64,000 nt of DNA from Macrostomum lignano (Eukaryota), in the NCBI GenBank assembly GCA_002269645.1, contig NIVC01003154.1:52235-116234 (forward strand). Reading direction: 5' to 3'. The translations under genes were made by a program, and so were the position numbers. This document shows positions 1-10,700 of the stretch, piece by piece (the stretch's first letter is position 1; every line of letters begins with the position of its first letter). The notes under the pieces are model-generated. The model had not been told where the DNA came from and made no database searches. It worked only from the letters and a program-made list of their open reading frames with translations.

Positions 1-139
1 GTGGCGATTCTCACGGTAGTCTTAGTGGCGATTCTCAATGTGGTTTAGGGGTGATTCTCAGAGTGGTTTAGGGGCGATTCTCAAGGTATTTTAGGAGATA
101 TTCTAAAGGTGGATTAGGGGCGATTCTCAAGGTGGTTTA
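1..139. repeat. Degenerate ~23-24-bp tandem repeat
   Basis: GGTTTAGGGGCGATTCTCAAGGT-like units. Confidence 0.7.
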
Positions 140-264
140 TGGATAGATAGTAAGACGTAAGATAGTCAATAACAATCGTTCAAAATCCGCTAAACGAACA
201 CTTAGGATTATTAACAAATAATAAGTAAAAATTGGCATAACACATGCCCCATATTATGCATTAC

Positions 265-3200
265 CGGACGAGAAGTAGCCTAAAAGTTAACGATGAAGGC
301 ACGGATATATAGAAAACAACATTAATAAGTTTTGCTCTGTAAGAAAAATAATACATAAGATACTGCTAGTGCTTAGAAGGCAGGAAGAAAACAACAATAT
401 AGAAATAAATAAGAAAGAAAGTGTTTTTCTGTTTAAATTAAACACCATGAAATACTTGTCTTACCAAACATATCGCTAGAATCGATACCTGAATAAATAA
501 GTAAAAAATTAAGAGACAATTTACCTTCAAGCAAAAACTGTTAAGATATCATTCCGATTCAATACAATCAACTCGTACAATCTAAAATACTTTTGTTAAC
601 TTTTTTGATTGCAGAAGCCAAGTGTTAGTGGAGAGTGAGTGAGTGTACATTGAGGGGCGTTTGCCGGCTTGGAAGAAGCAGGCCGGGAGAGAGTGTACAG
701 TGAGGGTTGGGTGCCGGCTTGGGAGGGGCAGGCCGGGAGCGAGTGTACAGTGAGAGGTGGGTGCCGGCTTGGGAGGGGCAGGCCGGGAGAGAGTGTACAC
801 TGGGGGAGGGGTGGGTGCCGGCTTGGGAGGGGCAGGCCGGGAGAGAGTGTACACTGGGGGAGGGGTGGGTGCCGGCTTGGGAGGGGCAGGCCGGGAGCAA
901 GTGTACAGTGAGGGGTGGGTGCCGGCTTGGGAGGGGCAGGCCGGGAGCAAGTGTACAGTGAGGGGTGGGTGCCGGCTTGGGAGGGGCAGGCCGGGAGCGA
1001 GTGTACAGTGAGAGGTGGGTGCCGGCTTGGGAGGGGCAGGCCGGGAGAGAGTGTACAGTGGGGGAGGGGTGGGTGCTGGCTTGGGAGGGGCAGGCCGGGA
1101 GCGAGTGTACAGTGAGAGGTGAGTGCCGGCTTGGGAGGGGCAGGCCGGGAGAGAGTGTACAGTGGGGGAGGGTGGGTGCCGGCTTGGGAGGGGCAGGCCG
1201 GGAGCGAGTGTACAGTGGGGGAGGGGTGGGTGCTGGCTTGGGAGGGGCAGGCCGGGAGCGAGTGTACAGTGAGAGGTGAGTGCCGGCTTGGGAGGGGCAG
1301 GCCGGGAGCGAGTGTACAGTGAGAGGTGAGTGCCGGCTTGGGAGGGGCAGGCCGGGAGCGAGTGTACAGTGAGAGGTGAGTGCCGGCTTGGGAGGGGCAG
1401 GCCGGGAGAGAGTGTACAATGGGGGGGGGGGTGGGTGCCGGCTTGGGAGGGGCAGGCCGGGAGAGAGTGTACAATGGGGGGGTGGGGGTGGGTGCCGGCT
1501 TGGGAGGGGCAGGCCGGGAGAGAGTGTACAGTGAGGGAGGGGTGAGGATTAGAATTTTTAAACTGCACATTTTTCGCTGCTGCTTAATCGAGCAAGTATA
1601 TTGAAGCAAACTAATTAGTAATTCAAGAAGTTGAATTATTTGCGACAGGCTCAATATAAAATAAGCAGAAGTTAATAACACTCCGACAGTTTATTAATGA
1701 ATGTAAAAGAATGATCGGCATATCACATACCCAACAGGTGACCAGAATTGTCATCACCGTCATATTGCTCATCAAACTCAAATCCTGCATTTATTCATAC
1801 GCAGTCGGAGAATGCTCTAGTTTAGTATAATGGTATGAAATCTGATTTAATGAATCTGGTACAACATGCAAAGTTTATATTTACAAAAATATATAAAATA
1901 AAATAGACTAAACAAAGGACACAAAGTTCATAATCTAAAGGTATAAAATTCTTTTGAAAAAAGCTGCCATGCTTTATATATGTATATGTCACTGTTAATT
2001 TTCACAACATTGAAGACTGATAAATAAAAGACAAATAACTGATATAACTATTACCAGCTCTGGGACAATTTCGATTCTTGCAGCGACCGGAGCCTTTGAG
2101 TTAAGAAATTCATAATTATAAATAAGCATTATAATTATGATTTATTAGATCTATAAAAATATTAACCTACCATTGAATAAGGTTTTTTTAATTCACTACT
2201 GATTTAAGTTAGAAAAGCGTGGAATGAATGAACACCAGTATTAGAAATTTACCTAAATCTATAGAATCTATTAGATCTAGTATATTGCATCTAGAGCATC
2301 TTTTAGATCTGGTATATTGCATCTAGTCTAGAGCATCTATTAGATCTGGTATATTGCATCTAGATCATCTATTAGATCTGGTATATTGCATCTAGATCAT
2401 CTATTAGATCTGGTATATTGCATCTAGATCATCTATTAGATCTGGTATATTGCATCTAGATCATCTATTAGATCTGGTATATTGCATCTAGATCATCTAT
2501 TAGATCTGGTATATTGCATCTAGATCATCTATTAGATCTGGTATATTGCGTCTAGAGCATCTATTAGATCTGGTATATTGCGTCTAGAGCATCTATTAGA
2601 TCTGGTATATTGCATCTAGATCATCTATTAGATCTGGTATATTGCGTCTAGAGCATCTATTAGATCTGGTATATTGCATCTAGATCATCTATTAGATCTG
2701 GTATATTGCGTCTAGAGCATCTATTAGATCTGGTATATTACGAGCTACATCTAGAGCATCTATCATATGTTATATTAGATCTAGAGCATCTATTAGATCT
2801 GGTATATTACGAGCTACATCTAGAGCATCTATCATATGTTATATTAGATCTAGAGCATCTATTAGATACGGTATTCGATTCAGAAAGCGCATTAGACTCT
2901 GTGTTAGATCTACAAGATGCATCGATCCAAATCTAAATAGAATTAAGTGCGCGAACCAGATTATAATTCCCAGAAATTCCCAGCTTAATCTCACCGATAT
3001 CCTCTCCATCGTCGTAGCCAAGCAGGCACTCGGCATCGGGGTCCTGGTCCTCTTCAACGTCGACAGTCCGGGCGGCACCGGCTATGGGCACCACGAAACC
3101 CTGTTCGTCCTGTTCGATCACGTCAATGTCGTCCAGGTCCGGCTCCTCCTGCGGCTGCTGCCCTGACGTCGCATCTGCCGCCGGTTGGTCGGCGAATTCG

Positions 3201-4759
3201 TCGCTATCGACCAGGACGCCCGGCTCGTCCGACGAAGGATGCGGACGACCCAACGGAAATGGACGGCGGAGCTTCTGCTGCTGCTGCGAGGAGGAGTTCG
3301 GGATGAGATGGTAGTTGGCCTGCTGCTCGTCAATGACCTTTAACGTCCTCTTTTAAGTGACCTTCTGTCCTTAAGTGACCTTCTGTTCTTAAGTGACCTT
3401 CTGTTCTTAAGTGACCTTCTGTCCTTAAGTGACCTTCTGTCCTTAAGTGACCTTCTGTCCTTAAGTGACCTTCTGTCCTTAAGTGACCTTCTGTCCTTAA
3501 GTGACCTTCTGTCCTTAAGTGACCTTCTGTTATTAAGTGACCTTCTGTCCTTAAGTGACCTTCTGTTCTTAAGTGACTTTCTGTCCTTAAGTGACCTTCT
3601 GTCCTTAAGTGACCTTCTGTCCTTAAGTGACCTTCTGTCCTTAAGTGACCTTCTGTCCTTAAGTGACCTTTTGTCCTTAAGTGACCTTCTGTCCTTAAGT
3701 GACCTTCTGTTCTTAAGTGACTTTCTGTCCTTAAGTGACCTTCTGTCCTTAAGTGACCTTCTGTCCTTAAGTGACCTTCTGTCCTTAAGTGACATTCTGT
3801 CCTTAAGTGACCTTCTGTCCTTAAGTGACATTCTGTCCTTAAGTGACCTTCTGTCCTTAAGTGACATTCTGTCCTTAAGTGACCTTCTGTCCTTAAGTGA
3901 CATTCTGTCCTTAAGTGACCTTCTGTCCTTAAGTGACCTTTCTTCAGTGACACTAAATTGTCTTTTAGTGACCTTTCGTCATTCAGTGACCTCTTGTTAT
4001 TCAGTGATCTACTGCCATTCAACTATCCCTCAGCGAACTACCCTGTACAATGTACATACTACTAAACCTGACAACAAATCCGTTATGGCCGCTGAAGAAG
4101 ACAGCCTCAGATGAAAGCAGAGCCAAACTCACCTGCTCATTCGCGGCCATGATAGCTCGAGTCCGATCAACGTGCTCAGTGTGACTGCGCAGCAGCTCCG
4201 AGTGACGCTCGTGCAGACGCTGAAACTCGCGCCTGGCCTCGGCCTCCTTCTCCTCCAATCGGCTGGCCAGTTCGTGAGCATTCCGAGCTTTGAGCTCGAG
4301 CAGACGAGCCGTCGACTGAGCAGTTTCGCGCTCTTCAAGCCGACGAACTCGCTCCTCGGCGACCGCATCCTCGGCCTGCATCAGGCGCTCCTCTGCAGAC
4401 TTTCTCTCCTTGCGTTCCCGTTCGAACTGGGCAAGCAGCTGGTCGTGATCCTCGCGGAGCATCTCCAGTTCGGCCTCCTGGCTGCGCCGCTCGCTGATGG
4501 CCCGCTCCATGCCTTCGAGTACGCTGACAACCAGCGGCATGAGCTCCTTGACAACGTCTTCGTCATAGCGGCGCATCAGACTTTCAAGTTCGGTGTAGAT
4601 ATTCGAGGCCAAGCTCTGCACTTTGTCAGACATTGGGGCGTCTATTGTCAGAGGGGAGGGCTTCAGCTGGTGCTGCTGAGCTGGCGAGGTGCCAGGCGCC
4701 AAGGACTGATGGTTGAGATTCTCTCCCTGAAGGGAACTTGATTCTTCTTCATCTAACAT
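265..4759 (-). CDS. MAPK8IP3: JIP3/JIP4 (Sunday driver/UNC-16) JNK-interacting kinesin adaptor, 5' part; gene continues beyond the window start
   Basis: Exon 4759-4133 encodes an RH1 domain ([40 protein letters not shown], close to JIP4 [40 protein letters not shown]) plus coiled coil and ends CAG|gtgagt. Exon 3337-2995 is in phase 0 (acidic linker) and ends G|gtgaga. Phase-1 small exons follow: 1784-1731 (FEFDEQYDGDDNSGHLLG) and candidates 2093-2055, 488-465 and 279-265. JIP3 versus JIP4 cannot be resolved (likely single invertebrate ortholog). Confidence 0.9.
668..1545. repeat. ~50-bp G-rich minisatellite (JIP intron)
   Basis: GGGTGCCGGCTTGGGAGGGGCAGGCCGGGAGAGAGTGTACAGTG units, ~17 copies. 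Confidence 0.95.
2265..2870. repeat. 32-bp tandem repeat (JIP intron)
   Basis: ATCTAGATCATCTATTAGATCTGGTATATTGC units. Confidence 0.95.
3352..3942. repeat. 18-bp tandem repeat (JIP intron 1)
   Basis: TTAAGTGACCTTCTGTCC, ~32 copies. Confidence 0.95.
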
Positions 4760-5810
4760 GGCAGTAAAAGAATAAATATTGTTTCCTCAATTGAGACAAA
4801 TGTATACAGTTTAGTAGTTAATGAAAAAATTAAATAGTTAATATAAAAAATATGCACTGATCAGGAGCCATCAGAATACTTGAGATATATACTGTCATGC
4901 TAGAATCCCACACCTTGACATAGAATTATATACCCTAACACCCTAGAATCTCATACCCTGACACCCTAGAATCTAATACTCTAACACGTTAAGATCTTTT
5001 ATTTTGATCTTTGATACTTTAAAAAAGAATATTTTACCTTAACACTGACATTGTCATATAATAATATACTTTATTATAAATAGCCAATAATGAAAAATCA
5101 TTTATATCAGCAAAATAGTAAATTGGAATGATCTAAAGACTAAGATAATTTTTATTTTAAAGATTAAATATAATCTACCTTTTCCTAGAATGCTAATTGA
5201 GTGTAAAATATGTGGCGAAATCCAAAAACGTGGGATAAAACGGTAAAACAAATCTGCGGACATTCGATGGAAAGTAATGTATCTAAAAAAGGTTTTTGAA
5301 AGATAGATAGGTCTTTAGAAAATAGTTCTGGATAAAAACTATTGTTTTCATGCTTTATATTGTTGAATAAATAAGAAAAAACCACAAAAAATCATTTTGA
5401 AAGTCCGAGTTGACCGATTTGCAATTTTTTGTTTCACTTTTTTTCAAAATTAAACAATTAATTTTAAGACTTGTAGGCCTTAGAGAAGGCTAATTTTTTT
5501 ACTACATACAAAACAGAAAGTAATCTGTGTTTTACTTTTTATTCAATTCAAAAAGATGAAGTATTTCTAAGGATTTCAAAGTTTTTCTAAAACCATATAA
5601 ACTCGCAAAAATTCATACTAATATAAAGTGCAAAGTTTGCCAGCAAACATCTTTCTCTAAAAGTAAATATATCGCTAATTCCTTGTTGCAAAATAATCTT
5701 TAAGTTGTTTTCTTTCATTTAAATATTAACTTGCATAGTATTAGTATTTGTAATATGCCTATATTTAGACTTAAAAATTTTGGGTAAAAAATGGTACCAC
5801 AAAATGTGAA

Positions 5811-6335
5811 CCCGGCATCCAAATCAGATGCTTACTGTATGCTCATTAAGCAACGAAGAACAATGAAATTACACTAAAACATGTATCATTGCGGTGTATA
5901 TGCAGGAAAAAAAGAATTTTACAAATCGCTTTAGTAGAAGCTGAGTAAAATGCAATTTTCCAATCCTTATGGGAATTCCAATGTGTTACCCGGCTTCCAA
6001 ATCAGATGCTTACTGTATGCTCATTAAGCGACGAGGAACAATGAAATTACACTAAAACATGTATTATCGCGGCGTGTATGCAGGAAAAAAAGAATTTTCC
6101 AAATCGCTTTAGTAGAAGCTGAGTAAAATGCAATTTTCCAATCCTTATGGGAATTCCAATGTGTTACCCGGCTTCCAAATCAGATGCTTACTGTATGCTC
6201 ATTAAGCGACGAGGAACAATGAAATTACACTAAAACATGTATCATCGCGGCGTGTATGCAGGAAAAAAAGAATTTTCCAAATCGCTTTAGTAGAAGCTGA
6301 ATAAAATGCAATTTTCCGATCCTTACGGGAATTTG
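5811..6335. repeat. 178-bp tandem triplication between the divergent JIP and WD40 genes
   Basis: CCCGGC(A/T)TCCAAATCAGATGC at 5811, 5989 and 6167. Confidence 0.95.
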
Positions 6336-7726
6336 TATGTTTAAATAATAAACTTACGTTGAACACAATTTATTGCAAACGAACTCTACAAAATACACGT
6401 TGTCAAGAGTAACGAAAGTGATAAACAAATAAACCCTTGAAAATAATGTTAAATATGTTGTAGAATTATACAGTGTAACATTATAAAATAGTTAAAGTTA
6501 TTAAAATACATTATTATAGCTTTTCTATCATTTTCATTAGACTCATTTTAGGTCGTAATTAAACTTACCGTTTTAACAAATCATTTTATTAAAAATAAAG
6601 CTATACAAAAATAATTTGTGCTTTAATAGACTTTTTTACCTTTTAAAAACTTGAATAAATTTATTTTATTGCTTTATTGCTTTCAAATTGCCAAAAAACG
6701 AATTTTCATAAAACTTGCCCCTGATTTTTGGATTTCACCATGTATTAAAAATAGCACATCACTTTTTTTATATCTTAAACTGTTTAATAAAATGTAGATA
6801 AGAAAAATTTTGGCCAAAAACTTTTTTAGGAAATAACTTTTTTAAATTTTATTATTTTAAGCATGTCAATACAAATAAAAGTGCTAGTTTTAAATAAAAA
6901 TATTTCTAACTTAGATTCTTTAAAACTTTGATATTCACTTTCAAGATATGTTATTATTTATAACTTAATAAAACTTTCTTGTATATAACATATTTAGGTA
7001 AACATAAACAATATCTTTTTGCCTATATTTATTTTTGTCTTTTTAATTAGCATTGCCAAATAGTCTATAGTTTTTTTTTTCAGATCCAATTGAATTTTAC
7101 TTTAAGATTATACATAACATTATATTTAAGCTAAACAACTACTAGTTCTATTATTATAATATTATCTAATACAAAATTATTACACTAAAAGATATTGATT
7201 TTCATTAGATTCCTATATACTTCCCCAGGATCCCCAAGATTACTAAAAATAAATACTTTTTCTTTGTTCACTTAAGATTTAATAAACTACGAAAAAAACA
7301 ATTTTTTATGCTTTGTACAATTGTAGTCTGCACTATAGTAGTTAGTTTGCTTATACCTTTGTTACTTATTTTAGTGCAAATACTATAGATAAACAAGAAA
7401 AAAATTATTCGCCTTTCGTTGGCGTTATTACCACCGACGTACGTTGTTTTGTAGAAAAACATGCTTTCGAAATAATGCTAATGTTTTCCAGGAAAATTTT
7501 ATCGGTTAAAGAAAATAAGAGCATTAAGTTAAATATTGTACGAAAGCATGTAGTTCATACTTCAGCAGTATTGCTTATTGAAACCTTGAAGTGTATTAGT
7601 CCCACATTCAATATCAACTGAGCACATAATTAACATTTCTAATGTCAATTTGTTCATTTTTAATTACAAAGCGTGCCGTATTTTTCAACCTTTGGACCTG
7701 TTCAGCTGACATTTGATAGCAATCGC

Positions 7727-10700
7727 ATGTCAGCAATAGCAGGTATGTCTGAATCAATACAGCCAGACCAAAACGATATTGATGACTCCGCGAAGCTAAT
7801 ATCGTCTGCCTATCAGCAAGTTAATCATGGCATCAATGAGACGTTTCATTATGAAGTTGATAAAAAGAACGCCGATTTTCAAGGGGGTAAGACATCTGTT
7901 GCACTTCATTTTCGTAAACCCAGACTATATCGGAGACACAAGATTTTCTGTTGGAACTTTTCCTGCTGTTGAGGTTTCAATGTAACTCGCATTTATTTGC
8001 GTTTTTTAGTGTTTTACAATGAACGCAATCGTGAGTTTTTGGCTATGGACGCAAACGGAATTTTACAAGTTAAACCACAATCTCCGAATAAGCCGAGTAA
8101 GCCCGTTGCGTATTACCCTAATTAATATCAATATTTGGCTAGTAATTTTAATTCTCAATACATAGAAGTTTCTTCACAAATTTCAGTTCAGCGCATTGCT
8201 CACTATCCAAAGTATGAGTACAGCCTCTTGTCTCAGTTAATCTATTATAGACAGTACAATATCTACTTTGCACTCAACAAACAGTCGGCTTTGTTGGTAA
8301 GTTTTTTTGCAGTTAAAAAATCTAAGTCCTGATAAAAACAATTTTTAGAACAGAATTTTATTCTTCAATTTCAGGTTCTGAACAGATTCTTTGAAGAAAT
8401 GGTGCCAGTCACGTTTGAGCAAAGAAACGTTTTAGCAATGATATTTGACAAGTCACGTGACCAGCTAATTACCAATGGCGCATACGGCACGAAGGTATGG
8501 CTGATCATTTGTAGTATCAATGAAGCTTTTCTGGCACATTAACAGTAGGAATGCCAAGCCATTTTTCCGCCTGTCGAACTACCAAGGGTCCCCCCTGAAA
8601 AGGCAGTCGAGATATTCAACAATTCTGCTAGAAGGTCAGATTTTTTCATAGTCACCTGGTGCCACCTGTTGAAGCTGTAGAAGCTCCGCTTGGGTGAAGG
8701 CCAGGGACCAACGAAGTCAGGGCTGATGCAGACACATGTGGTCGACGTGCTGGTGGAATTTGGAGGCTTGGCAAGGCTGCACTGATGCACTGAATACACT
8801 GGCGCATATGGGAAAAATCCGACCTTCTGACAGAATCGTTGAATATCTCGACGGTCCGGAGGGCTGGCGACTTGATTCTTGTTTGAGAAGGTGCACAACA
8901 AAAAGTTAGACCGTGTTATTGAATTTTGTGTGCCTGCGTTGCTGCGTTCCGGCGCAGAAAAAAATTGTCAGGATGGGAGGGGGAATCACCCCTTTGTAGT
9001 TCTACTGTTTAGAAACGGTCATCTCCCTCCAAATCAACAGTTCTGGGTGTTCCAACCGAAAACGGAGAAGCATCTGATGCTTGGCAAGGCAATGTCCAAC
9101 TATGAGCTGAAGCTCATTGAGCACCTGGAGGACCTGGGCGGCAGCTGGGTGAAGTATGTTGACATTGATTACAACCACGACCACTTGTACTACTGCTCTG
9201 AGACTGACGTTCGCTGCTACAGCCTTTCCGGCTTTGATCGAGCCAAGCTGCTGTTTAAATTGGATGAGTGAGTCAGCTCCATGCCGCTCAGTTTGCCTAT
9301 ATAGAACTACTTGGTGGAAGTAGTGTCCTAGCGGTCACATAACTGTGTTATGTTGTAAAACAGAGGTCGACAACTTTTTTACCTCAAGGGCCAGGTAAAA
9401 AATATAGATCATTACTGCGGATCAGATAGGAAAGGAAAGGAGAGGGAATAGAAAAGAGAGAAGAGGCAAGATATTAAAGATGAGACATGGGAGGCGAAAT
9501 GAGAGATACGATGAGAGGAGAGGAGATATGAGAAGAGTGAAGAAAGGAGAGGAGACGAGAGAAAAGAGGAGAGGAAAGACAAGAGAAGATAAATAGTAGC
9601 GGAGATATGAGAGACGAGAAGCAAGGAGAGATGAGAGGAGAGAGATGAAAGGAAAGACTGGAGAGGTGAGATGAGAAGAGGACAGAGATGAGAGTAGAGA
9701 GGAGAGAACTGAGATGATCACACACAAGACTTAAGTGAGGGCCGGATAGAGAGGCTTCGCGGGCCGCATGTTGCAAACACTTCGAAATCCTTGCAGCTGC
9801 CATCGCATGGAGATCACGGGCTGCCTGTTCTCAAACTCTCAGCAACTGCTGGTAACATCCAGCATGGACACCGAGGTGAAGCTCTGGAACACTAAGCACG
9901 GCTTCCTGACCTCGTTTCTCGGCCACTCTCAGGGCATCACCGGGATGTACTTTTATCCTGGCGACGAGTCGCGAGTAATCACGGCCTCCCTGGACGGCTC
10001 AGTGCGGCTTTGGTCCCTGGCGCTGCAGGAGTGCCAGATGACTGTCCAGGCGCTGCACTCGGACCCGGTGATCTGGTCTGGCATGGCGCACCAGCGTCTC
10101 ATGTTTGTTGCGTCAACTAGGCAGTTTGCGCTGCTGCACATCAACTACTTGCCGGTGTATTGGTCCGAGTGCCGTTCGCAGGTGAATGTTGGATGGATAA
10201 TGGGCTGAAAGTTTCAGGTTTATAAATGCTTTAATTATGACTTGGTTGTGTTTAGATGGTCTGGAGCTGTCATGATGTGTCTCAGATGGTCTGGAGCTGT
10301 AGTAGAGTAGCTCAGGTGGTCTGAAGCTATAGTAGAGTAGCTCAGGTGGTCTGAAGCTGTAGTGGAGTTGCTCAGATGGTCTGGAGCTGTAGTGGAGTTG
10401 CTCAGATGGTCTGGAGCTGTAGTGGAGTTGCTCAGATGGTCTGGAGCTGTAGTGGAGTTGCTCAGATGGTCTGGAGCTGTAGTAGATGGTCTGGAGCTGT
10501 AGTAGATGGTCTGGAGCTGTAGTAGATGGTCTGGAGATGTAGTAGATGGTCTGGAGCTGTAGTAGATGGTCTGGAGCTGTAGTAGATGGTCTGGAGCTGT
10601 AGTAGAGTTGCTCAGATGGTCTGGAGCTGTAGTAGAGTTGCTCAGATGGTCTGGAGCTGTAGTAGAGTAGCTCAGGTGGTCTGAAGCTGTAGTGGAGTTG

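Noticed and set aside
524-581. AG..GT-bounded 58-nt segment in the JIP intron
   Set aside because: Gives an in-frame TGA after a phase-1 donor and is not a multiple of 3.
582-1681. ORFs of 264-361 aa on the minus strand
   Set aside because: Translations of the 50-bp minisatellite; periodic and open in all three frames.
3330-4114. GHLRTE/SLKDRR repeat ORFs
   Set aside because: Products of the 18-bp array inside JIP intron 1.
7484-7496. Palindrome TTTTCCAGGAAAA (STAT-like site) upstream of the WD40 gene
   Set aside because: Short, plausible by chance in AT-rich DNA, and equally readable as a splice acceptor.
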